This document shows, one piece after another, positions 9,784 through 20,200 of a DNA stretch of 64,000 bases. Every line of letters begins with the position of its first letter. Positions within the stretch are counted from its first letter, which is position 1. The notes under the pieces were generated by a model. It did not search any database and was not told where the DNA came from. It saw nothing but the letters and a program-made list of their open reading frames with translations. The translations under genes were made by a program, and so were the position numbers. Origin of the DNA: Thermodesulfobacteriota bacterium (GTDB lineage: Bacteria > Desulfobacterota_D > UBA1144 > Nemesobacterales > JAJCZQ01); contig OZ244044.1 of NCBI GenBank assembly GCA_965215275.1, positions 704,001 to 768,000 on the forward strand, read 5' to 3'.

Positions 9784-10575
9784 CTATCTGAAAAGGTCCT
9801 CTCCTGGATTTCTGATCAATGCTTTTGAACCTTTACTGCTTCTTTTATACTTCAGTCCTTTAACTATTATCAAAGGCGTCTTACTGTTCTTTCCCATAAG
9901 TAATCCTGCAGCCGCTGCCACCTGGTCCGCAGTCGCCATTACGGTAGCATTAAGGGTAAAGCCCCCGGAGTCCTTGACGCCTCTCTGATCATCCAGGACC
10001 TTTATTCCTGCACACCCGATCGCAATATCAACAAGTCCGTCCCTCCAGGGTCTGCCCACGGTATCCGTGATGATGACCGCAACCCTCTTCTGTATCTTCC
10101 TTTTTATGTAATCTTTGATCTTTCTTGCAGATCTGTCAGGGTCCAGAGGCAGCAGAGTTACACAGTTACCTCCGGATACGTTTGATGTGTCAACACCGGC
10201 ATTTGCAAGTATCAGGCCGTTTCTGGTTTCAACTATCAATCTTCCCTTATCTTTTTTTCTCAGGTCCATACGGATTATCTTGTGAGTTTCTGAAAGGATA
10301 ACCTCAACCAGCCTTGGGTCTTTTGCAACTTCCTTACCCACGGTCTTGGAGAATTCCGACGGCTGGATATTTTTTAGGTCAACTATACGGTCTTCCGCCT
10401 TGGACACTATTTTTTGTGCCACCAGTACTATGTCGTCGTTATCTATATCAATATTATCTTCCAGTACAGAATTAACTATGGTCCCTGGCAGATCATCCCC
10501 GGCATTTATCTCAGGAAAGTTATTTATGGCAACTATATTAACGGAGTCCGTTCTGGAAAGCATCGTATGGTCCAC
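9784..10575 (-). CDS. cofE: Coenzyme F420-0:L-glutamate ligase
   Basis: QKIVSKAE, ANAGVDTSN, LLPLDPD.SA, TDTVGRPWR, C-terminal DLFR. Confidence 0.9.
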   Translation of the reverse strand: MDHTMLSRTDSVNIVAINNFPEINAGDDLPGTIVNSVLEDNIDIDNDDIVLVAQKIVSKAEDRIVDLKNIQPSEFSKTVGKEVAKDPRLVEVILSETHKIIRMDLRKKDKGRLIVETRNGLILANAGVDTSNVSGGNCVTLLPLDPDRSARKIKDYIKRKIQKRVAVIITDTVGRPWRDGLVDIAIGCAGIKVLDDQRGVKDSGGFTLNATVMATADQVAAAAGLLMGKNSKTPLIIVKGLKYKRSSKGSKALIRNPGEDLFR

Positions 10576-10633
10576 ACCTGCTGCAGAACAAAGATTATAA
10601 ATACAATTTATGGTTTTGAAATATAAAATGTTA

Positions 10634-11929
10634 GGGGACTATATACTTAAGTATCCAAACTACTTAAAAAAAGCAAGGGAATAAGGTAAAATTACAAATA
10701 TGAAAGAAGGTAAGACAATAAGAACGGTAAGGCAGAGGTTGAGATCAAACAACAGGAAAAAGTTTCATAAACTTTCCTCTACTGCTGGCTGTTGCAGGTT
10801 TGTATGGAATCACTTTACAGGGATTTTAAGGGATAACGATTTTAATGATGGTTATGGTCATGAGAGTTTAGGGAATTTTTTAAGAGAGTTTAAGAAAGAA
10901 GAAAAGAACTACTTTCTGAAAGAAGCATCTGCTTACATACTTCAGCATTATTTACTGGACCTTACAAATGCCTGTAAGAGATACAGGGATGGAAAATCGG
11001 GACAACCTAAATTCAAGAGTAAATTAAAAACTACTCCTTCGTTTCCGGTAAATTATCAGTCAGCTAAACTGTCAGACAATAACTGGGTCCGTATTTTAAA
11101 GGTTGGATGGTTCAGGTTGGCAGGTAAGAATCCTTATCCTGATGGAAAGTTCCTTTCTGGCAGGATCAAGAAGGAATGCGGTAAGTGGTATGCGTACCTT
11201 AGCTATGAGATAGATGAAACTAAAAAGGAAAAGAAAGAAGTAAGAGTTGTAGCAATGGACAGGAATTCAAGACAGGTTACGCTGTCTGACGGACAGGTTT
11301 TTAAGTTATCTGATGATGAACTTACAGAAGCAAAGATACGCAGATACCAAAAGAAACTTGCACGTCAGGAAGAGGGAAGTAACAGGTGGAGAATTACTAA
11401 GGAAAGGTTGCAGAAACTTCACAGGAAGCTGGCAAACAGACAGAAGGACTGGAGACATCAGGTTACAAGAAAGATCTCCGATCTTTATGACGTTCCTGTA
11501 CTTGAGAGACTTAATACACAAGGGATGACAGCCAGAAAGAAATGGAAGAACTTTCGCAAGATGAACAGGAACATTCGTGCTACTGGCTGGTTTGATATGA
11601 AAAGGATGCTGGATTATAAGTGTAATGCTACTGAAGAAGTTCCAGCACCATATACCAGTCAAACCTGTTCTGAATGCGGACACAGATCTCCTGACAACAG
11701 AAGATCGCAATCCAGATTTAAGTGTATATCTTGCGGTTATGAAGTTAATGCTGACTTAAATGCTGCATTTAACCAGCTTGAAACTGGAATAAAACAAATT
11801 ATAGCCTCAGGGAAAGGGGTGATTGGACGGGGAGACTGCAGAGGGGTTGGGGACAGGAACTGGTCTATGACTCGTCAAAGAGAACTTTTAGTATCTGTTT
11901 AGTTTTGGCTACTTAAGTATATAGTTCCC
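10634..11929 (+). mobile_element. Non-autonomous TIR element carrying only tnpB; 26-bp TIRs and 8-bp TSD AAATGTTA
   Basis: Left end GGGGACTATATACTTAAGTATCCAAA (10634-10659); right end reverse complement GGGAACTATATACTTAAGTAGCCAAA (11904-11929); 24/26 identical. AAATGTTA at 10626-10633 and 11930-11937. Confidence 0.9.
10700..11902 (+). CDS. tnpB: TnpB RNA-guided endonuclease with intact RuvC motifs
   Basis: GCCRFVWN, PKFK, RuvC-I AMDRN, RuvC-II VLERL, Zn finger CSECG/CISCG, RuvC-III ADLNAAFN. Confidence 0.93.
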   Translation: MKEGKTIRTVRQRLRSNNRKKFHKLSSTAGCCRFVWNHFTGILRDNDFNDGYGHESLGNFLREFKKEEKNYFLKEASAYILQHYLLDLTNACKRYRDGKSGQPKFKSKLKTTPSFPVNYQSAKLSDNNWVRILKVGWFRLAGKNPYPDGKFLSGRIKKECGKWYAYLSYEIDETKKEKKEVRVVAMDRNSRQVTLSDGQVFKLSDDELTEAKIRRYQKKLARQEEGSNRWRITKERLQKLHRKLANRQKDWRHQVTRKISDLYDVPVLERLNTQGMTARKKWKNFRKMNRNIRATGWFDMKRMLDYKCNATEEVPAPYTSQTCSECGHRSPDNRRSQSRFKCISCGYEVNADLNAAFNQLETGIKQIIASGKGVIGRGDCRGVGDRNWSMTRQRELLVSV

Positions 11930-11950
11930 AAATGTTAAACTTTCAAGGAG

Positions 11951-12391
11951 ATGAAAAATTTTATAATCAGCAGAGAATCCGACCTTAACGACGGCACACA
12001 GCATGATATAACGGAGATTGCCAAAGAAGCCGGTCTTCCTTTTATCGTATTTACCACAGCTGGGGTCTGGAACGAGTGGATAGCACCTGATGAACATTCA
12101 ATAAAAAAAGGTGAAACGGATCAGAAGCGGATACGGTTAATTCTGCAAAAGCTGATCCATTCCATAAGGATTTACAGAAGGAACAACAGATCAAATCTGT
12201 TAAGTTTTTTCGTGGGTTTAACCAAAAGCGGAAAAACTCAGGACGTGGAACTTCTTTCCTATCTCGGCCCGGTCAGTCTGGAAAAGAAAACTCCCTGTAT
12301 AACGCTGCTTTTAAGAGATGAACTGAACGACGAGGAAGAAAGTTCTTCAGGTCACGTTAAAGATAAACCAGACGGCGATCACCTTAATTAG
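11951..12391 (+). CDS. Hypothetical protein (DUF6573-like)
   Basis: RBS AAGGAG; the DITEIAKEAG..F.V..TAGVW pattern is recalled from that family. Confidence 0.55.
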   Translation: MKNFIISRESDLNDGTQHDITEIAKEAGLPFIVFTTAGVWNEWIAPDEHSIKKGETDQKRIRLILQKLIHSIRIYRRNNRSNLLSFFVGLTKSGKTQDVELLSYLGPVSLEKKTPCITLLLRDELNDEEESSSGHVKDKPDGDHLN

Positions 12392-12397
12392 AAGCTC

Positions 12398-13543
12398 ATG
12401 AAAGAAATATACTTTGATAACAACGCCACCACCCGACCTCTTCCACCGGTAAGAGAGGAAATAATGAAAGTTATGGGTGAGGATTTTGGAAATCCTTCAA
12501 GCATCCACTCGGCAGGTGAAAGAGTAAGGAACTATTTGCTGAAGGCTCGGCAGGCACTTGCAGGTCTTCTGGGCTGCTCTGACCATAACAAAATAATATT
12601 TACAAGTTCCGGAACGGAAGCGAACAACCTGGTGTTTTACTCCCGTTCGATCGGTAGTTCAAAGAAAAGAACAAGAATACTGACCACGGCAGTGGAACAT
12701 TCATCAATACTTAAAATGTGTAACTTCCTTGCTTTAAACAACGTAGAGATCGAGTATATAAAGATCAGCAAAGAGGGCATAGTCGATATCGATGACCTGA
12801 AAGAACTGCTGAGAAAACGACCTGCCGACCTTGTTTCAGTACAGTGGGTAAATAATGAGACCGGGGTCGTGCAGGACCTAAAGGATATAACAGACGTGTG
12901 TGCAGAGTGGGAGGTTCCGTTCCATACCGATGCTGCACAGTCAGTTGGTAAGTTGAAGTTTACAACAAAGAACATGGACCTTGATTACTTAACCCTTGCA
13001 GGGCATAAGTTCCATGCTCCACAAGGCATAGGGGCAGTTTACGTTAAAGATAAAATATCGATCCATCCTTTTCTGTTCGGTGGATTTCAGGAAGAAGGGT
13101 TCAGACCAGGAACTGAAAATATTCCAGGTATTGTAGGTATGGGAAAAGCTTCCGAGATAAGAAACAGGAACATGAATGAAACGATCAGGTATATGAGCAG
13201 GATAAGAGATACTTTTGAAGATACTGTACTGAAAAGTATTGAAGGAACTCAGATCAACGGTACGAGGAATAACAGGATCTGTAACACTACGAACATAATG
13301 TTCAGAGGAATTGATGGAAGAAAGCTGCTCGCATATCTTGATACCCGGGGAATAAGATGTTCGCAGAGTTCCGCGTGTACAAACTTCGACACTGCACCTT
13401 CTTATGTCCTGAGGACCATGGGGATCAGTGAAGAAGAGGCATATTCAAGCATCCGGTTCAGTTTCAGCGAAGAAAATACAGACGAAGAGGTTAGATCAGC
13501 CGTGGAGATCATTGTGAAGGGGTGTAATGAACTGCGAGGTTAG
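12398..13543 (+). CDS. Second cysteine desulfurase (IscS/NifS family)
   Basis: YFDNNATT, FGNPSS, HTDAAQ, GHKFHAPQG, SQSSAC. Confidence 0.88.
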   Translation: MKEIYFDNNATTRPLPPVREEIMKVMGEDFGNPSSIHSAGERVRNYLLKARQALAGLLGCSDHNKIIFTSSGTEANNLVFYSRSIGSSKKRTRILTTAVEHSSILKMCNFLALNNVEIEYIKISKEGIVDIDDLKELLRKRPADLVSVQWVNNETGVVQDLKDITDVCAEWEVPFHTDAAQSVGKLKFTTKNMDLDYLTLAGHKFHAPQGIGAVYVKDKISIHPFLFGGFQEEGFRPGTENIPGIVGMGKASEIRNRNMNETIRYMSRIRDTFEDTVLKSIEGTQINGTRNNRICNTTNIMFRGIDGRKLLAYLDTRGIRCSQSSACTNFDTAPSYVLRTMGISEEEAYSSIRFSFSEENTDEEVRSAVEIIVKGCNELRG

Positions 13544-13746
13544 GGTCTTCTTAAAAAAATCAATATATTTAACTGTGCGAAAATAAAATACAGCCTTTGT
13601 ATATTTATACACTTGACAGTCATTCATAATACGAAGTAAAATATCAATGTTATGAAACATTCAAACATAAAAACGCGTAGTTCCATTACCCCCCCCCTCC
13701 GTGTATACCTGATCTTTCAGCCTGGTATAAGTATTTTGTAAGAACA

Positions 13747-16700
13747 ATGTTTAAGATAATCCCCCCCCCCCATTCTATCTAAGTTAGTAATTCCCTTTTT
13801 CTTTCTTCTGTGTTTTGTATCCATTGAGGCATATGGTCAGATCAATAACTGTGACACCAGTACCACCGATTTCAATGATCCCTTATACGGGTGTCAGTGG
13901 CATCTGAAAAATACAGGACAGCTTGGGGCTGTAACTACCTCCGGAGAAGATATAAACATAGAAGGGGTCTGGGATGATAATGTATTCGGTGCTGGAATTA
14001 ATATAGCGGTGGTAGATTATGGTATGCAGACAGATCATGAGGACCTTACTGATAATGTAAATACCAGCCTGAATCATGATTATTCAGGAAGCAGTAACAT
14101 ATACGACCCTTCAGAAACTCGTGGTACACGTGTATCGGGAGTTATAGCAGCAGCGGGAGATAACAGCCTTGGAGTAAGAGGCGTAGCACCACAGGCAAGT
14201 ATCTATGGTTATAATTTAGCTGGTAATTTAACTTCTGCTAACGCAAAGGATGCCATGATCCGTAATAGAGATATAACGGCTGTATCCATCAACAACTGGG
14301 GACCGAATGACGACTTGCCCATTCTCAGAGAGGCTTCATCAGAATGGGAAGAAGGAGTAGGAACGGGCATAAGTGAAGGGTTTGGTGGTAAGGGGGTATT
14401 TTATGTATGGGCAGCTGGAGACGGAGATAAAAATTCAAATTTGGCAGATCACGCTAATTTTGACGAATATTCCAACTACTACGCAGTAACTGCCGTATGT
14501 TCGGTAGATGGAGAAGGGAACAAGAGTTCTTTTTCAGAAGAGGGAGTAAATCTGTGGGTATGTGCTCCAGGTGAAGATATTACAACTACTGATAATAACG
14601 ATGGATATGTTTTTGATGCGAGTGGAACGGCATATTCAGCAGCACAGGTTGCAGGTGTGGCGGCACTGATGAGGGAGGTAAACAGTAAACTTAGCTGGAG
14701 AGACCTTAAATTGATACTTGCAGCTTCAGCTCGTAAGAACGACGCTTCCGACACAAGCTGGGAGACGGGAGCACATAAATACGGTTCTGATACAGAAAGT
14801 TATAATTACAATCCTAAGTACGGTTTTGGTGTGGTAGACGCTGAAGCAGCAGCAGGACTTGCTGAAAGCTGGACTAAAGTTGCAGGGATGAGAACTCAGA
14901 CCGCTTCCTCTGGAACTATTGATATGACAATCCCCGACCGCGGTAGCATTACAAGCACCCTGACCATAGCTAATACTGATCTTTTTACAGAATTTGTAGA
15001 GATAGTTCTCAATTTCACTCACGATTACTTTCCAGAATTGAACATACAGATAACGTCCCCTGACGGTACCGTGTCGCAACTTAATGAGGGATTTTACGTC
15101 CCCGACCCAGATGCGTTTAAGACTTTTTACACGGACAAAACCCATCGTTTTGGTTCAGCCAGACACCTTGGAGAAAATCCTGCTGGAGTATGGACTTTGA
15201 ATATATCTGACACTGGTCGTGATGATTCAGGGACTTTACACTCATGGAGCATTAAAGTCTATGGGCATAAGACCGGAGATACAGTGCCAAGCTTTGACGG
15301 TAAGACGATAGATAATAAGGAATATGTAACGGGCAGTGCAATAACAACAGAAACGCTGCCTGCTGCAACTAACGGAAATGCACCGCTAACTTACAGTATA
15401 ACCCCTGGATTACCTGCCGGATTGGATTTTACCCCTGCTACCCGAGTGATAAGCGGGACACCCACTACTGCAACGAGCAGAGCTACTTATACATATACAG
15501 TTACTGATGCAGAGGGAGATACGGATGAGTTGACGTTCGGTATCACGATATCAGCAGACGTAGAACCAAGTTTCAGTGATACGATAGATGATCAGGAGTA
15601 CATAGCAGGGACAGCAACTAACCTTCCGGTAACACTGCCTGCAGCAACGGGAGGGAACGGAGAATTAAGGTACAGTATAACCCCTGGATTACCGACTGGA
15701 TTGAGTTTTGACATTAACACTCGAGTAATAAGCGGAACACCGGCTGCTGCAGAGAGCAGAACAGCTTATACATATACTGTAACGGATGATGATGGGGATA
15801 CAGCTGATCTGACATTCGATATCACGGTGGCTGCAAATGTAGAACCAGGCTTCAGTGATACGATAGATGATCAGGAGTACGTAGCAGGGACAGCAACAAA
15901 CCTTCCGGTAACACTGCCTGCAGCAACGGGAGGGAATGCTCCATTAACTTACAGTATAACCCCTGGATTACCTGCCGGATTGGATTTTACCCCTGCTACC
16001 CGAGTGATAAGTGGAACTCCGACTACTGCAGCGAGCAGAACAGCTTATACATATACTGTAACGGATGATGATGGGGATACAGCTAATTTGACGTTCGGTA
16101 TCACGATATCAGCAGACGTAGAACCAGGCTTCAGCGATACGATAGCTGATCAGGAGTACATAGCAGGAAAAATGACAAACCTTCCGGTAACACTGCCTGC
16201 AGCAACGGGAGGGAACGGAGAATTAAGGTACAGTATAACCCCTGCGTTACCAACTGGATTGAATTTTGACAATAACACTCGAGTAATAAGCGGGACACCG
16301 GCTGCTGCAGCGAGTAAGAATACCTATACATATACGGTAGAAGACATAGATGGAGATACGACTGATTTGACGTTCGGGATCACTATAGAAGAAAACAGCA
16401 TGCCGGACTTCGGCAGTGAAATGATCACTGATAAGGAGTACTTTACGGGTACAGCAGTAACAGAGACGCTGCCTGTTGCAACAGGAGGGAATCCACCAGT
16501 TACTTACAGTATAACTCCTGATCTGCCAGTTGGATTGAATTTTAACGCATCTACCAGAGAGATAAGCGGAACACCGACTACTGCAACGAATAAAATAACT
16601 TATACATATACTGTAACGGACGAAGATGGAGATGCGGCTGAGTTGAGATTCGGGGTCACTGTAGGATCTGACGTGCCAACCTTTAGCAGTACAACAATTA

Positions 16701-17119
16701 CTAATAAGGAGTATGTGAGAGATACAGCAGTAACAGAAACACTACCTATTGCAGCGGGAGGGAATGGAGCATTAAGATACAGTTTAACACCTGCATTACC
16801 AACTGGACTGGATTTTAACGCAGCTACCCGAGAGATAAGCGGAACACCCACCAGTACATCATCGTCTGATACTTACATGTATACTGTAACAGATGAAGAT
16901 GGGGATATGGATGAGTTGAGTTTCACGATCAGGGTAGTGAATCGTCCTGCTCCGTTACCACCAAGACAAACACCAGGTACTGAAGCTGGCGGAGGAGGAT
17001 GTACGATCTCCGATCAGAGCAATGTTGTTTCTGATCTGCTCGGTGCAGTGGTATCTCTGATGCTTATACCTGTATCTGTAGTTATAAGAAGGAAGATAAG
17101 GTGTCAGATAAAGACTTAA
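13747..17119 (+). CDS. Secreted S8 subtilase-like (catalytically degenerate) + proprotein-convertase P domain + six putative Ig (He_PIG-like) repeats + C-terminal GGGGC-TM-basic anchor; 5' end out of frame at a C11 tract
   Basis: The frame of ORF 14009-17119 is open from 13760 and encodes a signal-peptide-like segment plus NDPLYGCQWHL, as in the paralog at 49832. ATG 13747 is one base out of frame because of C11 at 13761-13771. Confidence 0.8.
15279..16938 (+). repeat. Six tandem ~92-93-aa Ig-like repeats
   Basis: Recurring unit TLPAATGGN..L.YSITP.LP.GL.F...TR.ISGTP.......YTYTVTD.DGD; units 2-4 are spaced 279 nt apart. Confidence 0.9.
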
Positions 17120-17273
17120 TAATTCACTCCTTTCCAGGACACTTAACGAACTGGGGTCTTTCCATCAGAATATTTACTGGCTGCTTACGGAAGAAAGAAC
17201 AGTAATAATTGCACAAAGCACAGCCACGGAAATTCAGGACAGGATCAGATACTATCAGGTTCAGACAGTACTT

Positions 17274-20200
17274 TTATGCCCGTGCCGAAATAACTGACCC
17301 GCGTCCCAGTTTCATCCTTACATATCCGATCAGATCATGCAGTATCAAATAAAAACACGGGATCAGATAAAGCAATATCATAGTTGAAAAAAGTAATCCG
17401 AAGCCCAGAGCAGTGGCCATCGGAGCAAGGAACGATGCTTCGCCCCTGAATACGAACATGAGGGTCGAGAGACCGGAGAACGTGGTCAGAGTTGTCAAGA
17501 TTATAGGTCTGAACCTATGTTTTGCAGACATTACAACGGCAAAAATGATATTTTGAAACCTGTCTTTTCTCTTATTTATAAAGTCCATAAGCACAAGGCT
17601 GTCATTTACGACTATACCAAACAGGGCAACTATACCAATAATAGCGGGAAGGGTCAGAGGCTCCCCTCTTAACAGTATCCCGGCAGTCACGCCTATAAGC
17701 GTGAACGGTAATATGCTCATTATAATGAACGGCTGGAAGTAGGAACGTAAAATGCTTGCCAGGATCAGATAGATCAGGATTATTGCAGCTATTGAAGCCC
17801 TCATTATATCTCCCATCGTTTTTTTATAATCTTCTGCTTCTCCCGCAAGTCCATACTTATAACCCGGATACTCTTTCAGAAGATCCTTCATATAGGCCAA
17901 GATATTCGAATTAACCTCCTGTGAAGTAGTGAGTTTCTGGTCAACTTCAGCAGTTACCGAAACAGTACGGTTCAGATCTACCCTGTTAATGTTCAAAATG
18001 CCGGGTTTTATCTCAATATCCGCTATTGTTCCAAGGGACACGTTCCTTTTATCGGGAGTGAACACCTGATGCGACTGGAGCAAGCTGATCAGATCTGCCG
18101 AGGAAAAGTCATACTGAACGTTAATATCGGCCTCCTCTTTCCCAATCCTTGTTCGTGCAACGGTAACCCCGTCGGCAATTGCCCTGACCTCTCTTGCAAC
18201 GCTGCCGGTATCAAGTCCGAAAATGGCAGCTTTTCTTTCATCAACGCTGACCCTGAGTTCCGGCTTACCCCAGACGAGATTATCCCTCACTCCATAAACG
18301 CCTTTGTATTTATTAAGCTCCGTCTGTGTCTTTTGTGATATCTCTTCAAGGGTCAACAGGTCCTTGCCAACTATTTCTACATTAACCGGCTTACCGGTCG
18401 GAATACCTACGTCTGATATAAAGTCCAGTTTTTCAGGTCCTACGACCGACCTCTCCACTTCCTCCCGCACCAGGTTCTTCATTTGCAAGCCGTTCTCCTT
18501 TCTCTTGTCAAAATCCTCATATTCAACCATTATGCTGGCAAGGTGTTTCCCGTAAGATGCGGAATCGTTGTTTGTAATATCAATACCGACCATTGAAACC
18601 ATGTTCTTCAATACGTGCTCTGGAACAACCCGCTCGATCACCTCTTCGATCTGTTTTACCGAACTTACCGTATAATTCAGGCTGGACTGCGGGGGATTTT
18701 CCACTCTTATCCTGAATTCTGACGCATCATGCTGATAGAACATCACGTTTGGAAGGCTTCTGATCAGAAAAAAACTGATAAATAAAATAACGGCAAAGGT
18801 ACAGACCACGACGTATCTGTTCCGGAGAGCAAATAACAGACCTTTCAGATAAACCGACCTGATCCTTAAAACCCATCTTCTTTTACCACGGGTCCTTTTT
18901 ACTTCGGGCTTCATCCAGTCTGAACAGTGCGAAGGCATTACCAGGAGTGCTTCGACCAGAGAGACGAACAGAGCAAAGATTGCCACCGTAGGTATAATAG
19001 ATAGAAACTCACCTATTTCCCCAGTTGCAAACAACAAAGGTATGAACGCCGCAATATTGGTAAGCACCGTTGCTATGACCGGCAAGGTTACCTCTTTTGT
19101 TGCTTTTATCGCGGCTTCGCGAGGGGGAACGCCCTGAGAAATGTACCTCTGAACGTTCTCCACAACGATAACCGCGTCGTCCACCACGATCCCCAGTACC
19201 ATTATCAGTCCGAACATCGAGAGCATGTTAATGGTCACTCCGCTTACGTGCATTAAGATGAACGCACCGAGAAACGAGACAGGAATTCCCAACGCCGCAA
19301 TTACCGCAGCCCTTCTGTTCAGAAAAAGTCCAAGCAGCACTAAAACAAAGAACAGCCCCATCCCACCGCTTTTTAACATGCTCTTAAGCCTTTTCTCCAC
19401 CCAGTGAGAAGTATCATTTGTGTCATAGACCTTTACTGACTCAGGGAGCGTACCTTGAAACTCGGACAGGAACCGTCTTATATTCCTGACTATATCAATG
19501 GCATCCGTATCTTTCTGTTTATTTATCCAGAAAGTAATTGAAGGATCGCCGTTAACTCTTGAGGTCGTTACGACCTTATCTTCTCCGATAGTTACCGAGG
19601 CAATGTCTTTTATCAGTACGTGTTTTCCCTGCGGGTCGCTTGTTACCGGTATATCTAAAATATCATCCACGTTGTAGATCTTGCCCGTGGTTCTTACCAG
19701 AAACTCCGTTTTGTCCTGTAAGTAGCTCCCGCCGGGAAGGTCCAGGTTCTTCCTGATAACGGCACTTGATATCTGGTCAATACCGATCCTGTATTGATGC
19801 ATCTTTCTATAGTCCAGCCTGATCCAGAACGCCGGGTCGCCAACTCCTGAAAGAACGATACTGTCAACCCCTTCAATGAGCTGCAGTTTATCCTTGAGCT
19901 TAACGGCGTAACGTCTGAGCGTTTCTCTGGGAACGTCTCCGGCAAGAGCAACGTTCAGCAGAGGAAAGCCCGTAGTTATCTCTTCGATCACCGGATCTTC
20001 TGCATCTTCGGGAAGCTCGGCCTTTACTATTGAGATCTTGGAATCAATGTCCCGTGTGACCTCTAACAGGTTCTCTCCCGTTTCTAACTCTGCACTTATG
20101 ACGGACAGACCTTCGAACGACGTGGACCTTAAAACCCTGATCCCGGAAGTGTTTTTTATTTCCTCCTCGATCGGGACCGTTACCAGTTTTTCAACGTCTT

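Noticed and set aside
10634..11929. Calling the tnpB loci ordinary IS200/IS605 (IS1341) elements or Cas12f
   Set aside because: No tnpA and no CRISPR array nearby; the boundaries are TIRs with 8-bp TSDs.
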